Shown here piece by piece: positions 37,551 to 50,700 of a stretch of DNA of 64,000 bases. The stretch is from Octopus vulgaris (taxonomy: Eukaryota): assembly GCA_951406725.2 (NCBI GenBank), contig OX597838.1:28148001-28212000 (forward strand), written 5' to 3'. A program made the translations under genes and the position numbers. The notes under the pieces are model-generated. The model was given only the letters and a program-made list of their open reading frames with translations, was not told where the DNA came from and did no database searches. Numbering within the stretch: position 1 is the stretch's first letter; every line of letters starts with the position of its first letter.

Positions 37551-37666
37551 TGACATAAGTTCCTTGTTTTTCCTGATGAGAAGGCGGCATAATGCACCCC
37601 TTATTCCTTCGAAATTAGGAATATGCAGCCTTCGAAACATATGTCGAGAATAAAGGAATTTTGTTA
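37551..37666 (+). ncRNA. Type I hammerhead ribozyme with intact core, in a TA-flanked Penelope/retrozyme-like insertion (about 37472-37700)
   Basis: CTGATGA 37573-79; stem II GAAGGC/GCCTTC; GAAA 37634-37; palindromic stem III ACATATGT; GUC cleavage after 37645; stem I TTTTC/GAGAA plus TTCCTT/AAGGAA and further pairing. Confidence 0.82.
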
Positions 37667-37717
37667 AATCGTCGTTCAACTCCATTCTTTCATTTATTTA
37701 TATATATATATATATAT

Positions 37718-38070
37718 CGTGGCCGTTCGCCAGCCTCATCTGGCACCTGTGTCGGTGGCACATAAAAACACCATCCGAGCGTGGCCGTCTGCCAGCCTCG
37801 TCTGGCACCTGTGTCGGTGGCACATAAAAAAACACCATTCGAGCGTGGCCGTTCGCCAGCCTCGTCTGGCACCTGTGTCGGTGGCACATAAAATAACCCA
37901 CTACACTCTCGGAGTGGTTGGCGTTAGGAAGGGCATCCAGCTGTAGAAACACTGCCAGATCTGACTGGCCTGGTGCAGCCTTCGGGCTCCCCAGACCCCA
38001 GTTGAACCGTCCAACCCATGCTAACATGGAAAACGGACGCTAAATGAATGATGATGATGATGATGATGAT
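37718..38070 (+). mobile_element. RTE 3'-UTR-type short repeat with internal ~60-bp tandem units and (GAT)n tail
   Basis: Near-identical to 57220-57435; other copies at about 1700-2046, 15366-15601 and 41682-41830. Confidence 0.8.
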
Positions 38071-38613
38071 CTTGTGTGTTCAGTTGGTTGCATGACTGCT
38101 ACTGATAGAGTTTAGATGGAGCTCTACATAGACTATCTTCAGCCAGTTTGTTTCCAATACAGTGGAAAAATTAAGGCAAGATCTTTATGAACACAAGTTC
38201 ATATTATTTGTTCCCTACTCAACAGCGGGATGCATGGATGATAGACACTTGTTTTGTGGTATCTCGGGAAAGTCATCATACCAATAAAATTAACACACAT
38301 ACACACTGGTTCAATTCTACTCATCAATTATCTGCTTTTTTTTTTTTTTTTTTTTTGGTAGCGGGGCCGAAGGACCTTCTCAGTGACTATCGAATAAATG
38401 AATGGAATTGGACCAATGTGTGTGTGTGTGTGTGTGTGTTAATTATATTGACGTGATGACTCTCTCCAGGCACATTAAAATTTGTTTCAATATGTGAACC
38501 CACATAAAGAATCTTGTAAACCAGATATGAAAGCAAAATAAACACTTGTGTTTATCATGATTTCTCATGTGTCTATACATGTATGAATGTATGTATATAT
38601 ATATATATATCAA

Positions 38614-38838
38614 GGCGTCAAGCTGGCAGAAACGTTAGCACACGGGCGAAATGCGTAGCTGTATTTCGTCTGCCGTTACGTTCTGGGTTCAAATTCCGCC
38701 GAGGTTGACTTTGCCTTTCATCCTTCACGGGGTCGATAAATTAAGTACCAGTTACGCACTGGGATCGATGTAATCCACTTAATCCGTTTGTCTGCCTTGT
38801 TTGTCCCCTCTGTGTTTAGCCCCTTGTGGGTAGTAAAG

Positions 38839-38843
<5 letters not shown>
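38614..38843 (+). mobile_element. SINE family B
   Basis: Full-length copy. Confidence 0.85.
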
Positions 38844-38873
<30 letters not shown>

Positions 38874-39192
38874 TAGGTATGGGGGTGTATATATATGTGT
38901 GTATGTATGTATGTATGTATATATATATATGTATGTATGTATGTATAGAGAGAGAGAGAGAGAGAGCAAAGAATATGTAGTAGTCTTTGCTGGATTGAGG
39001 TGTTGGCTATCGAGGCAGCTGTAGGCCAGGGCTCTCTGTGATAGCTTGGTGCAGGGGTGGGGTGGGGCTTCCACAGATTGAGTGCAAAGTTATTAGAAAT
39101 AATAATAGAGCCCTCACAGGACTTGTAGCTGATAGAGCCCTGCAAAATCTTAATCTGGCTCAGATTGTTTCACACACACACATTGCACAAAA

Positions 39193-39223
<31 letters not shown>

Positions 39224-40321
39224 TGACAGAACCCCCCCCATGCGCATATATATATATATATATATATACAGAAATGTCCCTTTCTTCCTCTCCATCTGTA
39301 AACTATACCAACCTCAACCATTTTTTCTCTGTCCTCAACCATTTTCTCCCCCGTCTTGTGTGATCTGAATATTTTTTTTGTTGTAATTGTTTTTTCTTTC
39401 TTTTTTGTTTGTTTGCCACCCCCCTTTTCTTTCTTCCTAAACAGCACTTCTCTCTTTCTATCTCTCCCCCTCTCTCTATCTCCCTCCGTCTCTCTCTCTT
39501 ATGTTTTTCTTTCCTTTTTGCGATGCACTTGTAAATTAACACGGACTTACAAAAAAAAAACACAAAAAAGACACTCACACAACAAAGCAAAATATTAATT
39601 ATTATTATTAATTACAATTCAAAAATTAAATATATAATAAAAATAACAAAATTACAAATAAGAAACGGGAAAAAAAAAATACAAAGACTAATTTTAAAAA
39701 ATTAATGATTAAAAAAACACAAACAATTTGAAGATTTTTTTTTTTTTAATTTACTATCCCCTCCCCTGAAAGAACATTTATGATTATTATTATTATTGTT
39801 TTCCTCTGACTTGACTCTATAATTCTGTTCATTGTGCGGCTCATTGTAGAAGTCTGGCGAAAGTTAGTAAACATTGATGTGATAAATTATGTGGAAAGAA
39901 TTTCAGTAAATAATTTCACAACAAAACCTCTTTCGGAGAATGTTCTTGTTTTTCTTTTTAACTTTTTTTTTGTTTTTTTATTTATCTATTTATGCATTAT
40001 TTGTTTAGTGTTTTTGTTTAAATTTCACCTCCCCCTATATTTGTTTGTCCTTTGGGTTTCCACTTCTCTGTGTTTCTATGTATCTTTCTTTCTCTATCTC
40101 TCTTTGTCTGTCTAATGACCTGTCTGTTTCTGTCTATGGTTGTCTATCAATATCTCTATCTGTCTACCTATCTTTCACTTTGTCTCTCTGTTTTTTTGTC
40201 TGTCTGTCTCCTTTTCTAATAGAATACAAAGGTTGCCTTTATGCTCAGCAGATCATGCGTGCTCTGCACTGCATAAAAGCATTGATTAATACATATATAT
40301 ATATATATATATATATACACA

Positions 40322-40515
40322 CTTTTGTTTCAGTTATTTCACTGTGGCCATGCTGGAGCACTGCCTTTAGTCGAGCAAATTGACCCCAGGACTTATTCTT
40401 TGTAAGCCTAGTACTTATTGTATTGGTCTCTTTTGCCAAATCGCTAAGCTACATGGACGTAAACACACCAGCATCGGTTGTCAAGTGATGTTGGGGGGAC
40501 GAACAGAGACACACA

Positions 40516-40556
<41 letters not shown>

Positions 40557-40647
40557 CACACACACATGACTGGCTTCTTTCAGTGGCACTTAACCCAGAA
40601 CCATGTGGTTGGTAAGCAAGCTACTTTCCACACAGCCACTCCTGCGC
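40322..40647 (-). mobile_element. SINE family A, internally deleted
   Basis: Head and tail present. Confidence 0.8.
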
Positions 40648-40648
40648 C

Positions 40649-40697
<49 letters not shown>

Positions 40698-41015
40698 TAG
40701 CTTGATACAAGACCAGAAATTTGGGATGAAAGAAGCAGTTAAATGTCTCAATATGTGTCAACCTGAGTACTTGAGTGGTACTTTGGTACTTTATTAAAAT
40801 ATATTACTGATCCCAGAAGGATGAAAAGTGAAGCTGTTCACAGCTGGATTCAAACTCTTTTAAACCAAATTAATGATAATAATGCTTCTATTGTCTGTTC
40901 TGTCCTTTGCACAGGTATGCCAGTTCTGCTGGACATAATGATGCGGGGTGTGAGGTACGCTGACGCTATTAGATAAGAGAAAGGAAGTACGAAGCATGAT
41001 GAAGGAAGTACAGAG

Positions 41016-41311
41016 ACTGCTGGACCGTGACAAAGGGTATGTGATCTACACTAACACTGTTGGACCGTGACAAGGGGTATGTGATCTACACTAACACTGT
41101 TGGACCGTGACAAAGGGTATGTGATCTACACTAACACTGTTGGACCGTGACAAAGGGTATGTGATCTACACTAACACTGTTGGACCGTGACAAAGGGTAT
41201 GTGATCTACACTAACACTGTTGGACTGTGACAAGGGGTATGTGATCTACACTAACACTGTTGGACCGTGACAAAGGGTATGTGATCTACACTAACACTGT
41301 TGGACTGTGAC
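41016..41311. repeat. 40-bp minisatellite, about 7.4 copies
   Basis: GTGATCTACACTAACACTGTTGGACCGTGACAAAGGGTAT, no spacers. Confidence 0.95.
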
Positions 41312-42851
41312 TAACGGGTATACTACTGCTTCCAGGAGTATGGGGTGTGCCAATGCTGCTGGGCATGAATGGGGTACAACAACACTGCTGTGGAGGAAAG
41401 GGTACAAGATACCCCAATGCTTCTGGGCATGGTAAAAGCTGCTGGACTTGATGAAGTGTATGCAATGTGCCAAACTTCTGAACCATGAAAAGGGGAGTGT
41501 GGGGTATGCCAGCCCTAGAAAAAGTCTGAGGATTCCTAATTTAGGATTTTGTTATTGTATTGTCATTGCTTTGTTTTGTTTTGTTTTTTATTGTTATATT
41601 TCGGGCTGGGTGCGTCTCCCCCCCCCACGCCCCCAAATACATGCACTGTATATTTGTTCTTCACTTCAGCTTTATTATTCTTACACTCTCGGAGTGGTTG
41701 GCATTAGGAAGGGCATCCAGCTGTAGAAACTCTGCCAGATCAAGATTGGAGCCTGGTTTGCCAGCCCTCAGTCAAATCGTCCAACCCATGCTAGCATGGA
41801 AAGTGGACGTTAAACGATGATGATGATGATGGTGATGATTTTAGTGTCCTTTGTCTGAATCTCTTTTGTCACACCCCCTGTGACCTCTTCAGCGACTCTC
41901 CTTCCCATGTGTCTCCTCCTGTTTCAGTCATTCATGTTTTAATATCTGTACTTTAAATATGCAACATCAACATGCATGAAATGCACAGTGCAAACTAATA
42001 GACAACACCAGGAAAAACAAAACATCCCGAGTATTATATGTTTAACTGTGACCATTGTCCTGTTTATTTTTCTCATTGTTCATTGTCTTTGATCATTTCT
42101 GCTATTACAGTGTGATTTGAGGAAGGTTTAGCTGCTATTTGTAGCAGCCGGTTGAGGTAGCACACAAAAACTCCCTTCTTGTGATGCAGAAGTAACTCCT
42201 TTGTATGTGCAGGAGGGGCAGCTTTCACTGGTGACTGTACATAGTGAACACCCTGAATGGAATGACATGTCTGTCAACCTTTGATCCTGCGTCTCTCCTG
42301 AGAAGACAGACACATGGGCCTAAATAAACAATAACACCAACAACAAAAAGGTTTAAATATTTCTTAGCGGTTTGGTAAAAAAGTGACCAATAGAATAAGT
42401 ACTAGGCATACGAATAATAAGTCCTGGGGTCGATTTGCTCGACTAAAGGTGGTGCTCCGGCATGGCCGCAGTCAGATGACTGAAACAAGTAAAAGAGTAA
42501 AAGGCCCATCTCGCCTCGGAAGGAAGGTGTGTTGTTAACAAGAGAGCCTGTACATATTCACTTGACCTGCTAAAAATAATGGTTAAATCTCCCTCAAACA
42601 TGTCCTTCTAGTTGGAAAGCGGAGAATCTCCACCTCGTCCTCATGAACCACGTTTTGTTAAACTGTGGAAAGAGGCCTTTATGTGGTTGCTATACCTGCT
42701 AAACATAACAGTTGAATCTCTCAAACATGTCTGACCAACTGGGAGAAAAAAAAAAAACGGGGCAAGTGCCTTCACCTTATCTCACATTAATCATCACAAG
42801 TCACTGGTGTTGTTAATCTATGGATAGAGGGAACCTTCTGGGCATGATCTC

Positions 42852-43239
42852 TCTTTACTCTTTTACTTGTTTCAGTCATTTGACTGCGGCCATGCTGGAG
42901 CACCGCCTTTAGTCGAGCGACTCGACCCCAGGACTTATTCTTTTTTGTAAGCCCAGTACTTATTCTATCGGTCTCTTTTTGCCGAACTGCTAAGTGACAA
43001 GGACGTAAACACACCAGCATCGGTTGTCAAGCAATGCTAGGGGAACAAACACACACACACATACATATACATATATATACGACAGGCTTCTTTCAGTTTC
43101 CGTCTACCAAATCCACTCACAAGGCATTGGTCGGCCCGGGGCTATAGCAGAAGACACTTGCCTAAGATGCCACGCAGTGGGACTGAACCCGGAACCATGC
43201 GGTTGGTTAGCAAGCTACTTACCACACAGCCACTCCTGC
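42852..43239 (-). mobile_element. SINE family A
   Basis: Full-length copy. Confidence 0.88.
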
Positions 43240-44475
43240 TAAAAATAAGTTACGAATCCCACCTCACTCATGCTCCATCAGCTGAAAATAATAAAAATAA
43301 AAGAAAAGGAATTATTTTATCCTTGTGAATCACTGGTATTGTTAAGCTATGAAAATGATGATGATGGTTATAGCTTCTGTCTGGGTTCGAGTCACTCCTA
43401 AAAAAAAAAAAATATAAGTGAATAAATAAAATAAGAAGCCAAAAAACAAATTGTTCTGCTAGCAAATTTTGCATGGTTTAATTTGGCATATTTTTTTTTT
43501 TTGCTCTTTTTTGAATTTTGATTTGGAAAAAAAGAAAAAAAATGCTTTTGATATCTTCTTTTCTCCATTTATCTGAAGTGAGAACCCACCCTCTCTCCCT
43601 CCCTCCCCAAGATGTATGGATGGACAGAAGTACAGCAAAAATATTTTTAAAAATTCTTTATCAATTGAAAAAATATATGGTAAGATCTACAGAATCCATT
43701 TTTTTCTAGTTCTTTGGGTTACTTTTTTTTTTCTTCGTTTACAGTATTTTGATAATTTCTTGGTTGTTGTGTGTGTGTATGTACATATATATACATATAT
43801 ATATATATATATATTAGCACTTTGGTTAATCCGTATCTCGTGTTCCAGAAACTTCCATTATTATACAAGTCAAATACTTGTCCCAGCTATTTTGACATAA
43901 ATAAATCGAGATACATTTTTTTTATTTTCTTTGACATTTTTCCAGGGATATTTGTGGAATCATAAAGGATTTGCTTTATGACAAAACTCTGTACATGTAA
44001 TGCGAATTGGAGTTTGTATTTTTAATATTTTCACTCTCCAAAATGATATGGGGCTTTGGGTGTGTGTGTGTGTGTGTGTGGGGGCAAAATGAGGAATTAG
44101 AAGAAAATCTATTATGAAAAATGTTTAGAAAAAATTTTTTGCCCAATATCTAAAGGCAAAATGGCACCGGCAAATCATGTGTCCATAATGGCAACGTCTG
44201 TTTTTTTGTTTTTTAAGTGTCAAAATGAAGGAATGTTTAAATTGCGTTCTTGGTTTGAGAACAAAGAACACTTGCTCAGACTTGTATGTAATACATCTTT
44301 TATTTTCTTCCCTGAAGGATTCTTTCACTGTCTCTCTTTTTTTTTTTCCTCCCTCCGTCCCATCTATCTTCCTCCTTCCCTCTCTCTTTCCATCTATACC
44401 ATCTCTTTGCCCCTCTCTTCATCTTTCTCCTTCCTTTGCTTACGTTTTTTTTTTTCCGTCTTTGTCCAGCTCTCT

Positions 44476-44729
44476 TCAATAATACTTGGCACGCCGCCGT
44501 TTATCAAACACCTCCTCTTCGTCAGAGCTGTAGTCGTGGTAATGTTTATTCAATAGTTTCACGCCAACAGTAAAATCCGCCATGTCGTCATCAGCGTCGT
44601 AGTCATTGAAGTTTGGCAGCCGACTGCTTCCAATCTTGTGGAACCCTTGCTCTCTGTAGCGCTCTTCTTCACAGAACTTCATACACATCAGCAAAATCAC
44701 AGTCATCAACACCAACCCCATGATAGCAC
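44476..44729 (-). CDS. CPD: CPD last exon: TM end plus cytosolic tail ..QGFHKIG..DYSSDEEEVFDKRRRAKYY*
   Basis: ttccag acceptor, phase 1; Cys cluster after the TM, GFH motif and acidic cluster typical of CPD tails. Confidence 0.92.
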
Positions 44730-46896
44730 CTGGAATTACAGAGAAAATTTAACTGAATATTTTTGGGAACAAAGAATTATGGTAAGGGACTTAATTTTTA
44801 AATGGTTTTAGTTTAAGCATTTGGGTGGGAGGTTTATAATTTAGTTGGGGGAGTAGGACGGACAGTCACCATGACTTTTATAGCAGGTCACACAAATGCA
44901 CACAGGTAAAATTGATGTAACTGGTACCCAGCCCAACCTCACAGATTGGCAAGATTGGTGGGACTGATACCCAGTCTTTGCAGCAGGCTGACAAGATTGA
45001 TGTGACTGATACTCAGTCTTTGCAGCTGGCTGACAAGATTGATGTGACTGATACCCAGTCTTTGCAGCAGGCTGACAAGATTGATGTGACTGATACCCAG
45101 TCTTTGCAGCAGGCTGACAAGATTGATGTGACTGATACCCAGTCTTTGCAGCTGGCTGACAAGATTGATGTGACTGATACCCAGTCTTTGCAGCTGGCTG
45201 ACAAGATTGATGTGACTGGTAGCCAGCCTGAACATCCATAGCTCAACATCTGCTCAGTGAAGCATGAATGAGGCAAGAACCCAGGTTCTGCTTCAAATTT
45301 AGAAGAAGTCTGTTTATGTAATGACCATTAGTATTTAATCCGACTTAAACAGACTTGTAGTGATGGGAGTCAACATCATGAAACACCAAGTCATCCTTGA
45401 TTGAGCTGACTGATTGTGATTGATGGTAGTTAAACCCCAGGCCAGTTTTGATTAAGCACACCTTGGCTTTATACAACGGGTCATGTGGACAGTTAAGGTT
45501 GTAATTTTTGAAAGTTGGCATAGCTGTGTGGGTGCAAAGTTCACTTTCAAACTGCATGGTTCCGGGTTCAGTCCCCCCATATAGCAGCTTGGACGAGTGT
45601 CTATTAAAGTCCCTGTTGACCAAAGATCTGTGACTAGATTTGGTTGATGGAAACTGAAAGAAGCCCATCGTGTGTGTGTATGTGTCTGCCTCTTTGTCTT
45701 GATATTGTGTGATAATTATAAGCCAGTATCACTGTCATGGAAACCGTGACATCCGTTCCCTGTTGCCAGAAGTATAACCTTACTTGGAAACAAACAAGGG
45801 ATTGATAATGGGAAGGGTATTCAGCCATGGAAAAATCTGCTTGAAAGGATTCCATCTGACCCATGCAAGCATGGAAAAGTGGACGTAAATGGAATGTAAA
45901 GGAATAACTCACCAGCAAAGAGTATGACGATAAAAGAAGGAATGCCAAAAATGGTCGATTTCTTCGTCATTCGTACAGCAAGGGTAGCCACGTTCTCCCC
46001 ATAACCAATACGGATATCCTAGGAAATTAAATATATTTATTAAATTTTAATTATTTAATGCATGAAACACAGACAGGCATGCACACACATTCAATTGAAG
46101 CTGTGGTTTCACATCATCACTTCTACAATTACAGACAACAAGGAAGAATTATTATTTACATTTGAAGGATATTTGTCCTCATCTTGTTTGTTGTTAACAC
46201 AATGATTCGGCTGATATATTCTCCAGCCTTCATCAGGTGTCTTGGGGAAATTTTGAACCTGGGTTCTCATTCCTAAGGTATTTTTCGATATTATTATTAT
46301 TATTATAATAATAATTATTCAGGTCACTGTCTGGAATCGAACTCGGAATCTTGGGGTTAGTAGCCCGTGCTTTTAACCACTATGCCATATGCTCAGGCAT
46401 ACTAACCCCAAGAATCTGAGTTCGATTCCAGGCAGTGATCTGAATAATAATAATAATAATAATATTGAAAAATACCATAGGAATGAGAACCCAGGATTGA
46501 AATTTCCCCCAAGACACCCGATGACGGCTGGAGGGTATATCAGCTGAAACGTGTTAAAATCAAACAAGATGAGGACAAATATCCCTCAAATGTAAATAAT
46601 GTACATAATTCCTCGTCTCTTAAATATAGAACTGAACAATGAAGAAACTAACAATAGTGATGGTGACACCACAGCATAGAGTAAACTCTAGTGCATGGAC
46701 TGAGTTCGTTTCTTTTTCTCTTGTGTATATCCAAACGTATGTGTGTGAGTGGCTCAATGGTTAAGCATTTTGCTTTACTACCATAACACCCTGAGCAAGT
46801 GTTCCTTCTGGACCCGAGCCTTAATAAATCTGGGCGAAAGGACACTCTGTGGAAAGTTTATTAAGGTAGTTGTACTTGATCATATGACCAGACTTG

Positions 46897-46930
<34 letters not shown>

Positions 46931-47584
46931 AGTTACTCACAGACAGTCACACATTTCCTCTGATTGAAGATTGTGTGTCTGTGGAGTACTCGGCCACTTT
47001 CAACATAATACGCTCAGTAAACATATAGTTCAGTTGATCAAAAACAAAAAAACCCCAAAAAACTTGCAAACTCATTTCTCAAACTGACATGAGATTCATC
47101 AAATGTGGAATATATGTATTAGTTTGTATACAGGCATATCTGTGTGTATATTCACGTGTGTGTGTATATATGCCTCTCCGTCTTTATATATATATATAAA
47201 GCTGAAGTTGTGTGTGTGTGTCTGTCTCCTACGATTTAGATTCCTAACTACTCCCACATTTTGCGGTGCAGTTTAACCAAAAGCGGGTATCTTATAGTCG
47301 TGATTCATATCAAGCCCTTCTAGGTATTAGCGCACGTCTACGATGAGTCTACGATTTAAAAAAAATATTTACCATCATTTTTTCCCATTTTTAATGCATT
47401 TTTTTGCTATTATATAAGGGAAGTAACTAACTAAAAATGTATTATTAAATCTCAGAACGTAAAAAGCTACAGTAACACCCCGCTTTGTGGTTAGCCATAT
47501 TGAGATGGCTATTATACTTTACATCTCTAAAAATGCTTATATAGTTATTTCCCTTACAAACCCGAGCAATGCCGGGCAATACTG

Positions 47585-47628
<44 letters not shown>

Positions 47629-47713
47629 CCACACCCAATGGCTCAGTAGGCAGACCAACATTCTCCTTGAGCAGGATATCACTCCTTTACATGGTTACTC
47701 ATTTAGGACAGTA

Positions 47714-47752
<39 letters not shown>

Positions 47753-50700
47753 GTTCATAGGTATGTGCATGTCTGCAAATACCTGTGTGTGTATGTGGAT
47801 ATGTAATCTATATATAGATTGCGTGTGTGTATGTGTTTATCTAATCTATATATAGATTGTATGTGTGTATGTAATCTATATATAGATTGCATGTGTCTAT
47901 GTAATCTATATATAGATTGCATGTGTGTATGTAATCTATATATAGATTGCATGTGTGTATGTAATCTATATATAGATTGCGTGTGTGTATGTAATGTATA
48001 TATAGATTGTATGTGTGTATGTGGATATGTAATCTATATATGGGATTGTGTGTGTGTGGATAGATATTCTTGCATTCAAAACCTAAAATGTGAGAAGAGA
48101 GAGAGAGAGAGTAAATCACCTTTTCCCAGTCTTCATAACCATCTGCTGTTATAATCACCATGTATGATCCAGGTGGTAAGTAGATCCAGAAGAGGCCTTC
48201 CTCACTTTTGAAAGTAGTTTTTAACTCATACACCTGGATACTCACATTACCAACCAGAAAACCAGTGGAATTATCCACTATTATCCCATGAATTCCTTGT
48301 TGCACCTGAAAAAGTAGGGAAACAAAATACAAGTCATTCTCTTTTTATTGGTGTCATTCATTGGATTGGGTATAGCCCGTTTAAGATAAGGCCCATAAAA
48401 GGGGTGTAGGGGTTTTCAATAGTCTATGGCAGTGGTTTTCAACCAGGGTTCCACGGAACCTTAGGGTTCCGCCAGTACAGTGCAGGGGTTCCGCAAGAAG
48501 TTACAAAACTGCTAAAATCGGCAGTAATTTTTAATTCTAATGTGCAGATATGTGTGCATAAGACTATTAAATTATTGCACAGTGGTTCCTCGAGCCAGTG
48601 GAATGTTTCCTTGGGGTTCCGCTCCAGCAAAAAGTTTGAAAAGCATGGTCTATGGTCAACTCTGCTATTTATATCATTGATCTCCGTTGACTGAATGGCT
48701 ACATAGTGACATAAAATAAATATAAATTTGTGCATACACAATGACAGGTGCAGGCGTGGCTGTATCGTAAGAAGCTGGCAGAAACGTTAGCACGCTAGGG
48801 GAAATGCTTAGCTGTATTTCGTCTGCCATTATGTTCTGAGTTCAAATACCACTGAGGTCGACTTTGCCTTTCGTCCTTTCGGGGTCGATAAATTAAGTAC
48901 CCTGTTATGCACTGGGGTCGATGTAATTGACTTAATCCGTTTGTCTGTCCTTGTTTGTCCCCTCTGTGTTTAGCCTCTTGTGGGCAATAACGAAATAAGA
49001 ACCTTGCTTCCCAACCACATGGTCACAGGTTGAGTCTAACTGCGTGGCACCTTGGGAAAGTGTCGAGGCTATAGCCTCAGGCCAACCAAAGCCTTGTGAG
49101 TGAATCTGGTAGCTGGAAACTGAAAGAAGCCTGTCTATATATCTATATATCTGTGTTTGTCTCCCCCCCCCTCACTGCTTGACAGCTGGCATTGGTATGT
49201 TTGTGTCCCCCATAACTTAGTGGTTCAGCAAAAGAAACTGATAGAATAAGTACCAGGCTTAAAAAATAAGTACTGGGGTTGATTTGTTCGACTAAAACCC
49301 CTCAAGGCAGTGCCCCAGCATGGACACAGTCTAATGACTGAAACAAGTAAAAGAATATACACAAATGAGTGGACTAATGAAAGTAGCGCTCGACACATTT
49401 GGAAGGAGTTAACGTGTATTATTTAATAACTCTTTGACTTGGCTCCATGCAACTTAGTTTCTAGAGAAACTACTCCAGCCTCAGGTTCACCAAAGCTTTG
49501 TGAGTGGATTTGGTAGACGGAAACTGAAAGAAGCCTGTTGTATATATACATATATGGATGTGTGTGTGTGTGTTTTATGTCTTTGTAACTTAGTGGTTTG
49601 GCAAATGAGACCAATGAAGTAGGCTTTAAAAACAAAAGTTCTAGGGTTGATTTATTGCAGTAAATTTCTTCAATTTCTTCAGCATGGTCACACTCATGAC
49701 TAAAACAAGTAAAAGAATGTCCACACATCTCTTCCTTTCTTTGATTTTTATCTACCTTAGAAGGATAAAAGGCCAAGTTACCCTTGAAGGGATTTGAACT
49801 CAGAATATCAAGGGCCAAAACAAACCCTACTGGGCATTTTATTTTACCAATCGTTATCATTGTTTAACGTGCTAGCATGGGTTGGACGGTTCAACTTGGG
49901 TCTGGGAAGCTAGGAGGCTGCACATGGCTCCCGTCTGATCTGGCAATGTTTCTACAGCTGGATGCCCTTCCTAATGCCAACCACGCCATGAGTGTAGTGG
50001 GGCTGGCATTGGCCACGTTTGGATGGTGCTTTTTATATGCCACTGACATGGGTATCACAACTGCAATTTCCATTTGATTTTTATTTTGATGTACTTGACT
50101 TAATAGGTCTCTTCAAGCACAGCAGGTTGCCCTACGATCCAAGGTACTTTGAATGGGCTGGGGCTGGTTATGTGAAGCTGGTGTAGGATACGCTATGAAC
50201 TCACTTTATTTGTCGGGTTTTCGCAGTCACAGCATATCTCCAGAGGTCTCGGTCTTTCGTCATTGCCTCTGTGAGGCCCAACATTCGAAGGTCATGCTTC
50301 ACCACCTCATCCCATGTCTTCCTGGGTCTCCCTCTACCCCAGATTCCTTTAACTGTTTGGGAGTGGCACTTCTTCACACAGCTCTCCTCATCCATCCATA
50401 GTACATGACCATACTAGCGCAAACGTCTCTCTTGCACACCATATCCGATGCTTGTGTCCAACATTTCTCTCAGGGCGCTTACACTCTGACATGTGTGCAC
50501 ACTGACATTACACATCCAGTGGATCATGCTAGCTTCATTTCTTTCGAGCCTACGCATGTCCTCCACAGTCATGGCAGTTCGGACACATGCATTGTACAAT
50601 CTACCTTTCACTCTGAGCGAGAGGCCCTTTGTCACCAGCAGGAGTAGAAGCTTTCTAAACTTTGCCCAGGCTATTCTTATTCTAGTGGTAACCCTCTCTG

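Noticed and set aside
41016-41311. 40-bp repeat as a CRISPR array
   Set aside because: Head-to-tail units with no unique spacers, in a eukaryotic context with no cas genes.
43262-43400. Minus-strand acceptor-like sites or micro-exon downstream of CPD
   Set aside because: T-rich UTR-like sequence gives many such sites; stops follow quickly and there is no homology.
44841-45276. 14-aa repeat ORFs as a protein or exon
   Set aside because: A 42-bp minisatellite open in several frames on both strands; the flanking CPD exons already join in phase.
46320-46392. Functional tRNA gene (also 17991 and 20533)
   Set aside because: A and B boxes are present but acceptor stems are not intact and the sequences run into SINE bodies.
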